Shown: one piece after another, positions 25,036 to 32,313 of the stretch
Position numbering within the stretch: position 1 is the stretch's first letter
How the letters are laid out: every line of letters begins with the position of its first letter
Virus record (IMG/VR): IMGVR_UViG_3300005758_000618
Location: 1 to 32,313 of that record
Source of the DNA: a virus
Taxonomy: Duplodnaviria > Caudoviricetes
DNA: 32,313 bases
Strand: one strand, 5' to 3'
Position numbers and translations under genes: made by a program
Notes under the pieces: generated by a model
Seen by the model: only the letters and a program-made list of their open reading frames with translations
Told to the model about the DNA's origin: nothing
Databases searched by the model: none

Positions 25036-27199
25036 AGTCAACTGTAATTGTACCCTTGTCGATATTGTCAAACAATACCTTTTTACTTAGTGGCTTCTTG
25101 ATTTTTTCTTCAAACACTCTCTTTAGAGGTCTTGCACCCATGCTAGGTTCGTAACCATCTTCAGCAAGTTGTTTAATAGCCGCTTCTGTTAGCTCAATCT
25201 TAATATCACGCTCGTTGGATGCGAGCAATTGATTGGTCTCCTTTACTAGGCGCTCAACAATCTTAATCATTAGGGTCTTTTCAAGTTTATTAAACTGAAC
25301 GACTCCATCTAAGCGATTGCGAAACTCTGGCGTAAAGAACTTTTCAACTGCTTTACCAATTTCTCCTGTTTTCTTCTGATCGCCAAAACCAATCTTTAGT
25401 GTTTCAGCAGCAGAAGCACCTAGGTTACTAGTCATAATTAGCAGAACATTAGTAAAGTCTACAGTTTTACCGGTACTACCAGTTAAGCGTCCATCATCCA
25501 TAACCTGTAGCAGAACCTGTAATACTTCTGGTGCTGCTTTTTCAACTTCGTCTAAGAGCAGCACACAGTTTGGACTATCCTCTACTGCGGCCAACAATTG
25601 GCCTTGGCCCATCTTGCCTTCAGCATGACCAACATAGCCCGGAGGTGCGCCAATCAACTTAGCAACGCTGTGACGCTCTTGATATTCACTCATATCAAAC
25701 TTAACCAGCTTTGCCTGTAGTTCTGTTGCAAGGGCTCTCGCTGTTTCAGTTTTACCAGTACCTGTGGGACCTACAAACAAAAAACTACCAATGGGTTTAT
25801 TGGGTTCGCGAAGCCCGCTCTTGCTTACAAGAATGGATTCAACAATCTTGTCAACTGCTTCATTTTGTCCGTATACTTTATTTTTAATGCGAACATCTAG
25901 ATCCTTGTAGCCAGTTGTGCTTTCAGTATCAACTACGTCTACACCAATCTTGCTGATCTTAGCAATTACGCTAACAACGTCCTTCATGGTTACATCGGTC
26001 TCTCCACGCAACTTAACAGTTGCGCCAGCAGCATCAACGATATCTAATGCCTTATCTGGGAAATAACGAGTCTTTACATACCTATCTGTAAGCTCAACAC
26101 TCTTGTCTAGTAGAGCATCATCATACTTGACATTGTGGAAATCTTCATAGTATTCCTTGAGTCCTTTTACAATGAGCTTTGTATCTGCTACGCTGGTTTC
26201 ATAGATATCTAGCTTTGCGAATCGACGCATCAGCGCACGATCCTTTTCAAAACTTTCTGCAAATTCGTCCGGTGTAGTTGCGCCAATAGTTAGTAGACGA
26301 CCTTTACCTAGTACCGGCTTGATAAGGTTAGCAACGTCAACGCTGCTCCCGCCACCCGAGCCAGCGCCCATAATCATATGAATTTCGTCAATGAACAAGA
26401 TGGTATTTGGATTTGATTCCAGCACCTGAAGCACACCCTTAATACGTTCTTCAAAGTCACCGCGATAGCGTGTACCTGCTAGTAGCTTACCAATATCCAG
26501 ACTATAAACTACCTTGTTCTTGAGAATCTCCGGAACTTCTCCGTCAACAATCTTCTTAGCAAGACCTTCCGCAATAGCAGTTTTACCTGTACCAGGTTCA
26601 CCAACTAGCACACAGTTGTTTTTCTTACGGCGAGCAAGAATGTGAATTAGGTCGTTGACTTCTTCGTGTCGCCCGATCAAAGGATCAATTTTACTGTTTT
26701 CTGCTTCCTTGTTTAGGTTAACAGTATATTCCTTTAACTGTTCCTCATTTTCAACGCTGCGATTAACAACTTCGATGTACTCGAGAATTCTAGCTCTAGA
26801 CAATCCGTTAATCTCACAAAAATACTTAGCATGACAGCTTTCTTCAGCAAGAATGCTTAACAAAAGATCTAACGGAATAACTTCATTTCTGCTGTTAAAC
26901 AGAACCTGAGCTAGGCTGCGCTGTAGTACACGATCTACCGTGTGCGTCTTTTTTGGCGGGCCTTTCTGGCCATTGGATGTTGCCAAACCATTGAGTTCTG
27001 CATCGTTAAGATAATTTGTGATGTCGGTTGTAATTTGATCAATGTCAACATCTAAGTCTTCGGCAAGGTTTATGATATCTTTGTGTTCTAAGAGACACAG
27101 CATAATATGCTCTAGGCACACATATTCGTGACCTAGATTATTAGCATTGTTAGCTGCCGCTACAAAAATCTTTTCTACTGCTTGATTCTTCTTACTCAT
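25007..27199 (-). CDS. clpA: ATP-dependent Clp protease ATP-binding subunit ClpA
   Basis: Clp N-domain, two AAA+ modules (GEPGTGKT / LFIDEIH and GPTGTGKT / LLLDEVEK), pore loops GTRYRG and PPGYVG, IGF ClpP-docking loop, and no ClpB middle domain. Confidence 0.92.
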   Translation of the reverse strand: MSKKNQAVEKIFVAAANNANNLGHEYVCLEHIMLCLLEHKDIINLAEDLDVDIDQITTDITNYLNDAELNGLATSNGQKGPPKKTHTVDRVLQRSLAQVLFNSRNEVIPLDLLLSILAEESCHAKYFCEINGLSRARILEYIEVVNRSVENEEQLKEYTVNLNKEAENSKIDPLIGRHEEVNDLIHILARRKKNNCVLVGEPGTGKTAIAEGLAKKIVDGEVPEILKNKVVYSLDIGKLLAGTRYRGDFEERIKGVLQVLESNPNTILFIDEIHMIMGAGSGGGSSVDVANLIKPVLGKGRLLTIGATTPDEFAESFEKDRALMRRFAKLDIYETSVADTKLIVKGLKEYYEDFHNVKYDDALLDKSVELTDRYVKTRYFPDKALDIVDAAGATVKLRGETDVTMKDVVSVIAKISKIGVDVVDTESTTGYKDLDVRIKNKVYGQNEAVDKIVESILVSKSGLREPNKPIGSFLFVGPTGTGKTETARALATELQAKLVKFDMSEYQERHSVAKLIGAPPGYVGHAEGKMGQGQLLAAVEDSPNCVLLLDEVEKAAPEVLQVLLQVMDDGRLTGSTGKTVDFTNVLLIMTSNLGASAAETLKIGFGDQKKTGEIGKAVEKFFTPEFRNRLDGVVQFNKLEKTLMIKIVERLVKETNQLLASNERDIKIELTEAAIKQLAEDGYEPSMGARPLKRVFEEKIKKPLSKKVLFDNIDKGTITVDYDSEFKFTS

Positions 27200-28019
27200 T
27201 GGTATTTTTACCCGTTTCTTCCTTAATAATATTTAACCATTGAATGTGTTGTGGATCTGTTAGTTTGGTTATGGAAATACTAACTAAAACATATAAGTCG
27301 CCATACCTCTTTGATTGCGGATTAGGCATACCCCAACCCTGAATTCTTAATCTAGCACCTGGTTGTATTCCTGCAGGTACTTTTATTTTTAGTTGTCTGT
27401 CTGAGATATGAGTATAATCAATCTCTGTGCCCTGCATAGCGTCCAACGCATCAACGTTGACTCGTATAAACAGATCGTCATTTTCTCTACCTAAGTTGTT
27501 TGGATAGGTAATATTAAGTCTTACAATTAAGTCACCCGGCGGCAGGTCTTTAAATCTAGCAGGGCCTTTACCGTGTAATCTAAACTTTGTACCGTCTCTT
27601 ACGCCTGCAGGTATAGATAAGGTTTCTTTCACGTAACCTAAATCTAGTGTAACTTCTGCACCAGTATATGCTTGTGCTGCACTTATATTAATATCAGTTA
27701 CACCGTCTGGGTTTCTTTTTACTTCTTGTCTGCGGCCAAATATATCACCAAACATGTGATCAAATGGGCCACCTTGTGCAAACGGATCGTGTCCTGCCCA
27801 TTCAGGCGGAGTCCATCTTTCATATTGCGGTGTTGGATTGTCGTACTGAGACTTTTTTTCAGGGTCGCTTAAAATAGCATATGCTTCGCTTATTTTCTTA
27901 AATTCAGCTTCATCCCCTCCCTTGTCGGGGTGATGCTTCATTGCTAGTTTTCTATAGGCTTGTTTAATTTCTTCAGGCGAAGATGATTTAGCAACACCTA
28001 GTGTTTGGTAATAGTCCAT
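27192..28019 (-). CDS. DnaJ-class co-chaperone lacking the zinc finger (CbpA-like)
   Basis: J-domain with HPD (MKHHPDKGG) and two DnaJ C-terminal domains (GDLIV, GDLYV); no CxxCxGxG repeats. Confidence 0.92.
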   Translation of the reverse strand: MDYYQTLGVAKSSSPEEIKQAYRKLAMKHHPDKGGDEAEFKKISEAYAILSDPEKKSQYDNPTPQYERWTPPEWAGHDPFAQGGPFDHMFGDIFGRRQEVKRNPDGVTDINISAAQAYTGAEVTLDLGYVKETLSIPAGVRDGTKFRLHGKGPARFKDLPPGDLIVRLNITYPNNLGRENDDLFIRVNVDALDAMQGTEIDYTHISDRQLKIKVPAGIQPGARLRIQGWGMPNPQSKRYGDLYVLVSISITKLTDPQHIQWLNIIKEETGKNTNE

Positions 28020-28025
28020 TATACC

Positions 28026-28054
28026 ATTATATAGTCAACTTAAACATTTGTCAA
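28026..28054 (-). promoter_or_regulatory. Perfect-consensus sigma70 promoter, leaderless, for dnaJ-clpA
   Basis: TTGACA-N17-TATAAT, 6 nt before the ATG at 28019. Confidence 0.85.
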
Positions 28055-28057
28055 TGA

Positions 28058-28714
28058 TCAAATGTGTTTGACAAAAATGCGCCAGTCAAATGCCTCAGGC
28101 TTAGGTAGTTCTTTATAATTATATTTTGGTACAATGTAATCACATACGAAACCAACTGGCGCCAACTCTGACTCTTCGCGTGACATATATGGATAGAATA
28201 GATGATAATTTTCAGTTGGTGTGCATAACTGACTTTTTTCTACAGTCCAAGTAATGTCGTCAAATACTATCATACCATTAGGTTTGAGTAATCGATCTAT
28301 TAAAGTAAATGCTAATGCTGTAGTGTGAAAGTCGTGACCGCCATCTAGATAGCAAAAATCAAAAATGGGCTCTTGATTTTCTTTCACCAATTTTCCAAGT
28401 TCCCAATTGAAGCTTTTTTCAGCTACTACTTTTATTACAAATTTTTCTAAGTTAAAAAAACTCAGCAATTCGTCTATGTTTGGTGACAATTGATTTTGAA
28501 TTTGATCGTCTCGATCAAATGCATGTACGGTTCCAAACCCTTGTTCTTGTAGTATTGCTGCAAAATAACTAGTACCCTTTCCGTGATAATAACCTAGTTC
28601 ACAAAGACTACTAAAACCATTTTTTAAAATGACATCACGAAAATACATTGCTTGTTCGTGCGTCATAAAATTAAGATTTTTGCATTTTCTAGATATTTGA
28701 TTTATCAAACGCAT
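28058..28714 (-). CDS. Class I SAM-dependent methyltransferase (Methyltransf_24-like)
   Basis: ELGYYHGKGT (motif I), FDFCYLDGGH and LLKPNGMIVFDD. Confidence 0.85.
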   Translation of the reverse strand: MRLINQISRKCKNLNFMTHEQAMYFRDVILKNGFSSLCELGYYHGKGTSYFAAILQEQGFGTVHAFDRDDQIQNQLSPNIDELLSFFNLEKFVIKVVAEKSFNWELGKLVKENQEPIFDFCYLDGGHDFHTTALAFTLIDRLLKPNGMIVFDDITWTVEKSQLCTPTENYHLFYPYMSREESELAPVGFVCDYIVPKYNYKELPKPEAFDWRIFVKHI

Positions 28715-28724
28715 AAAAAATTAC

Positions 28725-28919
28725 TTACACACCCTCATCACTTTTTGGAGTTTCAGGTACCGCCGGATCTTCCTTCTTGATAGTGTTCAAGTCCTTTGGT
28801 TTACGCATAAGAATTTCTGGTGGATCAGGCATATATGCTTGAGGTACTAACTTGGTTTTTGTGAACATAGCACAACCACCTAGTGCTAATACCAATGGAA
28901 TAATTAATAGTTTTTTCAC
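28725..28919 (-). CDS. Proline-rich lipoprotein, probable o-spanin
   Basis: Signal MKKLLIIPLVLALGG-C with a lipobox; Pro-rich mature part; ATGA overlap with the upstream gene. Confidence 0.75.
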   Translation of the reverse strand: MKKLLIIPLVLALGGCAMFTKTKLVPQAYMPDPPEILMRKPKDLNTIKKEDPAVPETPKSDEGV

Positions 28920-29431
28920 TTATCTTCTCCCTTCTTGGCATTAGCAGCATCAACGGCTGCTTTATTGTCCCTGATCCATTTTTGTAAAGATTCTAGTTGT
29001 TCTGAATTTTGCTTACAGATAGCATAGTTGCCCATTACCACAGCTAATGCGCTGTTATCCATAACACCTGATGGGGATTTATCAGATGCTAGAGTCATAT
29101 CAGGATTAGCTAGTTTTGCGGCAGCGTCATGCAAGTGAATCCAACCATTTGATAGCGGTACACTTGAGCCTAATGAGGAAGTTGCATCTCTGTAGATGAT
29201 TTCTTTTTCACGAATAGTGTTAGTTCTATCTACAAATTGAGTTGTTACATTATCTGAAATCTTAGCGTTTTCAGTTTTAAGATTTGAAATTTGTTTTTCT
29301 GCACTAGCTTGATATTCAGCAAGAGCAATTTCAGCTTGAGCGGAACCTTTCATATAGCCCCAACCCGCTGCTCCTACTACTAGAAATATCATTGCAAAAA
29401 TTTTAACCGGTAACGGGATGAGTCCGAACAT
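28916..29431 (-). CDS. Probable i-spanin
   Basis: N-terminal transmembrane helix followed by a coiled-coil-like region, directly upstream of a lipoprotein. Confidence 0.7.
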   Translation of the reverse strand: MFGLIPLPVKIFAMIFLVVGAAGWGYMKGSAQAEIALAEYQASAEKQISNLKTENAKISDNVTTQFVDRTNTIREKEIIYRDATSSLGSSVPLSNGWIHLHDAAAKLANPDMTLASDKSPSGVMDNSALAVVMGNYAICKQNSEQLESLQKWIRDNKAAVDAANAKKGEDK

Positions 29432-29442
29432 GTGTGTTCCTT

Positions 29443-30249
29443 TTATATTGTTTTTGTTAGCAGTACCTGTTCTTGATTAGTTGGGTTGTAAATTACAATA
29501 TATTTGTCAATGGGTAATGCTTTCATTTCTCCCAACATACCCTTTAGTTTGTCAAATAGTGTACGATCAAAGTCAAACTTGATAGCACTTTCTGCTATGC
29601 CATGATTTTGTAGTATTTCCTTACCGTTACCAAAATCAACTATTTCTAAACTTAGAGTATTTCGAGCGTCCTGTATATGTAATTTACCATCATTAATACC
29701 GGCACGCAAAAGGTTTGTGGATCTTAGGAATTCTAGAATTGATTCACTGTTGTCTTCAGCTAGCTGTGCTTCTTCAGCAATGCGTTGTTCTTCAGCCTGT
29801 TGTGCTTCTTCGGCTGCACGACTTGCTTCAAATTCTTCGCGAGTTACATATTTGTTAGGATCAGTAATGATATACTGATAAATTTCTTCTTCATCGAGAG
29901 GTAGGTAATCGTCATTTAAATAGGTTCTTGCTTTCCAATTTAGATTACCTGCTACTCGCTCTGTTTCACTGATGAAGAACTTTATTGACTCGATAGCGTT
30001 TTGGTTACGATCCATTTCAACGAACAGCATATAGTAACCATCTTCATTTGGATTTGGAGAAACTTCTAGGTCCCTTACTTCTTGGACAGACCCGCTAAGA
30101 AATTTATATAGATCGTGTCCAACTGAATCTTCAGTTACATAAAAACCCATTACCAATACATCTTTAGCATCACCTGTTTTGGGTTCGAATTCGTCAATAC
30201 TGATTTTGCTTAGTACAGTATCTTTAAGATCATTTTCGTGTAAACTCAT
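29443..30249 (-). CDS. Conserved jumbo-phage hypothetical protein
   Basis: 268-aa acidic ORF (ISIDEFEPKTG) with a central E/A/Q-rich helix; TAATG coupling to the upstream gene. Confidence 0.7.
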   Translation of the reverse strand: MSLHENDLKDTVLSKISIDEFEPKTGDAKDVLVMGFYVTEDSVGHDLYKFLSGSVQEVRDLEVSPNPNEDGYYMLFVEMDRNQNAIESIKFFISETERVAGNLNWKARTYLNDDYLPLDEEEIYQYIITDPNKYVTREEFEASRAAEEAQQAEEQRIAEEAQLAEDNSESILEFLRSTNLLRAGINDGKLHIQDARNTLSLEIVDFGNGKEILQNHGIAESAIKFDFDRTLFDKLKGMLGEMKALPIDKYIVIYNPTNQEQVLLTKTI

Positions 30250-30806
30250 TAGATGCTGCCCCCTGTAGGCATCGCTGGCGTTACTGGCGCCATTGGTGCT
30301 TCTTGTGCTTGGATTTCGTTTTCGCTGTTTAGTGATTCTAAATCAACGTATGCATCCTCATCGGCTTGAACAGCATCGGTTGAGAATTCGTCTACATATT
30401 TTCTTGGTAGTTTAATTTCAACTACCCAAACAGGATGACTATCGGTTCTTGCTTTATAGCGATTACGTCCATCTGGTGTTACTTCAACTGTAACATCGTC
30501 AAATGTTCGTACTTTCCTAGGAGTAAGCAAAGTTTCTTTAATGTATTTTACAAGTCCGCCGCGTGCTAAGATTCTCTTAGCACCATCAGGGTCAGGCATG
30601 TCTTTGCTGCGGTACATTAGTTTTACACCAACCCAGTGGCGGTCTAATGTAGGGCCTTCTAGTACTTCGCCCTTGATCCAATTCTTGTAAGCATAAAGCT
30701 CTAGGTTATCTAGCACATGCTCAAATTCCAGTAACATGTCAAGCAGCGTATTAGTTTCGCTGATCTTCTTAATACTGTCGTTTAGCATTTTAACTGATAT
30801 AGTCAT
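30249..30806 (-). CDS. Conserved jumbo-phage hypothetical protein (late-expressed)
   Basis: 185 aa (LLEFEHVLDNLELYAYKNWIKGEVLEGP), AGGAG Shine-Dalgarno, GATAAATA upstream. Confidence 0.72.
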   Translation of the reverse strand: MTISVKMLNDSIKKISETNTLLDMLLEFEHVLDNLELYAYKNWIKGEVLEGPTLDRHWVGVKLMYRSKDMPDPDGAKRILARGGLVKYIKETLLTPRKVRTFDDVTVEVTPDGRNRYKARTDSHPVWVVEIKLPRKYVDEFSTDAVQADEDAYVDLESLNSENEIQAQEAPMAPVTPAMPTGGSI

Positions 30807-30825
30807 AACTTACTCCTGTTATAAC

Positions 30826-30833
30826 TATTTATC
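30826..30833 (-). promoter_or_regulatory. Late-type promoter motif GATAAATA
   Basis: TGATAAATA ahead of the 185aa-268aa-spanin unit. Confidence 0.7.
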
Positions 30834-30836
30834 AGT

Positions 30837-31172
30837 TTAACGCTTGCTATTCATAGGCCAATTGAGCTTAAAAAAGGATAGAGCTGCTTCGTCAGCAAAA
30901 TATAGGAAAGTTCTGTAGCTATCGTGACTGTTAACGTACCAGGCCCATTTATCGTTGGCTAAATGTGCTTGTTCTGTGACTTTTAACTTTTCCCAATAGT
31001 AAGTTTCTACACTGGGCCCAAACTGGTCCCAACACCATTGTCGTAACTGCATAAAGTCAGCAGTACGGTCAAATAAATTTCGGTCGTTATAGTGACGTAA
31101 GACCTCTACACGGTGGCTAAAATGCTGGTGCCACGTGTAACGACCGTTCAGTTTGGTTATTTTATAATTCAA
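30837..31172 (-). CDS. Trp-rich phage hypothetical protein
   Basis: 111 aa with RQWCWDQFGPS...WAW...F.L.W pattern; TTG start overlapping the upstream stop. Confidence 0.65.
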   Translation of the reverse strand: MNYKITKLNGRYTWHQHFSHRVEVLRHYNDRNLFDRTADFMQLRQWCWDQFGPSVETYYWEKLKVTEQAHLANDKWAWYVNSHDSYRTFLYFADEAALSFFKLNWPMNSKR

Positions 31173-31557
31173 GTGAATAGTACTTAAAAAAGTCTTCTAG
31201 GTCATCTACAGTGAGCGGTAGAAATTTAGAATCAACTTTTTCTATTTTAAATTTATAGCCAGCAATGATAGCGTCAATCTTTAGCTCAATTTCTTCGGCT
31301 GTCTGCCCGGCGATCCATTCGCTTGCACCACGCCCATCTCGTTCAATATCCCAATCAAACTGTTGTTTGACAGCCTTTTCTAAACTAGCAATAGCCTTTG
31401 CTGGTCCAAAATAAACTACATTAAAACATGCAACATGACTGTTTCTACTGTAACTGTTTTGGTAGACGCCCAGCCTTACGGCTGGGCTACCACTGATTCC
31501 AATCTTAGAGTCTTTAGCACCAAGTGGGTCATTGAAAATATAAAAAAGTTTATTCAT
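31162..31557 (-). CDS. GIY-YIG superfamily (T5orf172/MUG113-like) protein
   Basis: FYIF...KIGIS...RLGVYQ...LEKAVK...SEW pattern. Start reassigned to the ATG at 31557, which gives TAATG coupling with the upstream stop. Confidence 0.6.
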   Translation of the reverse strand: MNKLFYIFNDPLGAKDSKIGISGSPAVRLGVYQNSYSRNSHVACFNVVYFGPAKAIASLEKAVKQQFDWDIERDGRGASEWIAGQTAEEIELKIDAIIAGYKFKIEKVDSKFLPLTVDDLEDFFKYYSLEL

Positions 31558-32313
31558 TATACTTTCCACTGACAAGTTGGAGTTGGCAGTAGGGTTTTAC
31601 CACCACTCTGTACATAGAAGTTAATAATGCCGTTAAGCACTCGCTCCTTGTCGTGATCCGGAATATTACCCTTTACCGTACCAGCAGCAAGTGCCTTATG
31701 GTAACTGTCCTTGATACTTTCCTGAATGCTTTCAGCATCACCCCACTTGTTAATTAGCATCGTCGCTAGTTCTTTGTCAAAGTTGGCATCTAGCGTAAAG
31801 CCTTCGATGTTTGCGCGGTGATATAGATAGCTAAGTGGTCGGAAAATCTCCAGTGTTAGCGGAGCACCTGGCCAATTGGCTCGATGGAACATCAACGCCC
31901 GGTCCCAATACATGCCTTTGTTACCATACATATCAGCAAGTTCATAGCATTCAATGCCGCTCTTGATCTGAGTAAATGCACCCGCACATGTTGCATGTCG
32001 CTTTGGAACACAATCGTGTTTGTTAAGAATATTCATCATCGCAGTATATTGAGGATCTCGAGTATCGACACCAATCATGAAGTCATCATACGGTGACATT
32101 TGTCGCTTGTTCTTACCATTGATGCGGCGCGAGTTAGTACCTGCAAGATATGCCGCATACTTAATTCTCTCCTCATCGCTAGAACCAAATCCTGCTTCCT
32201 CAATTTGACGCAGTGGAATAGCATCAGCATCGATATACCAAACGGGGAACTTTACATATCCCTTTGCTCGCATAGTTTGCATGGTATGGTGACCGTCCCA
32301 GATGCAGTAAATT
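31557..32313 (-). CDS. ParB/Srx-like domain protein (5'-truncated by the window edge)
   Basis: The frame stays open beyond the track start, reading ...IYCIWDGHHTMQTM.... DGHHT resembles the DG(Q/H)HR signature of ParB-like NTPases. Confidence 0.55.
   Translation of the reverse strand, partial: IYCIWDGHHTMQTMRAKGYVKFPVWYIDADAIPLRQIEEAGFGSSDEERIKYAAYLAGTNSRRINGKNKRQMSPYDDFMIGVDTRDPQYTAMMNILNKHDCVPKRHATCAGAFTQIKSGIECYELADMYGNKGMYWDRALMFHRANWPGAPLTLEIFRPLSYLYHRANIEGFTLDANFDKELATMLINKWGDAESIQESIKDSYHKALAAGTVKGNIPDHDKERVLNGIINFYVQSGGKTLLPTPTCQWKV

Noticed and set aside
25007-27199. Annotation as ClpB disaggregase because of the adjacent DnaJ
   Set aside because: At 730 aa it has no coiled-coil middle domain and it carries an IGF loop, which fits ClpA.
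31558-31575. ORF-track start (MSVESI) for the GIY-YIG-like gene
   Set aside because: It is a GTG inside the upstream gene. The ATG at 31557 gives the TAATG coupling also seen at 30249.
1-32313. Alternative genetic code (stop-codon reassignment), as seen in some large phages
   Set aside because: Genes are full length and tile tightly under the standard code.
1-32313. tRNA, rRNA or integrase/transposase genes
   Set aside because: Intergenic gaps are at most about 110 nt and are explained by promoters and terminators; no cloverleaf or recombinase motifs were seen by eye.

Overview
A 32.3-kb segment of a large lytic dsDNA phage, most like T4-related jumbo myophages. The host is probably Gram-negative, judging by a spanin-like gene pair. 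Genes are densely packed in the standard genetic code and all but one lie on the minus strand. Left third (1-10.5 kb): a replication and DNA-modification block with a family B DNA polymerase, a probable sliding clamp, a DpdA/TGT-like base-exchange enzyme, a QueD-paralog with an LxxxHRHxF motif (DpdL-like), a GT4-type glycosyltransferase, GalE and a purine phosphoribosyltransferase. This block also holds a BI-1/YccA membrane protein and a histone-H1-like gene missed by the ORF track. Middle (10.7-24.3 kb): nucleotide-metabolism genes (HAD phosphatase, Zn deaminase), a degenerate 2OG-Fe(II) oxygenase and large repeat-rich virion fibre genes. Right (24.3-32.3 kb): DnaJ-ClpA, a SAM methyltransferase, spanins, conserved hypotheticals and a ParB-like/GIY-YIG-like pair. 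Two promoter classes can be read directly from intergenic DNA: seven sigma70-type (TTGACW-N16/17-TANNNT, three apparently leaderless) and five copies of a late-type GATAAATA. The best candidate for an undescribed system is a replication-linked 7-deazaguanine DNA modification pathway that may add a sugar. All family calls come from motif recognition by eye; no database searches were run.
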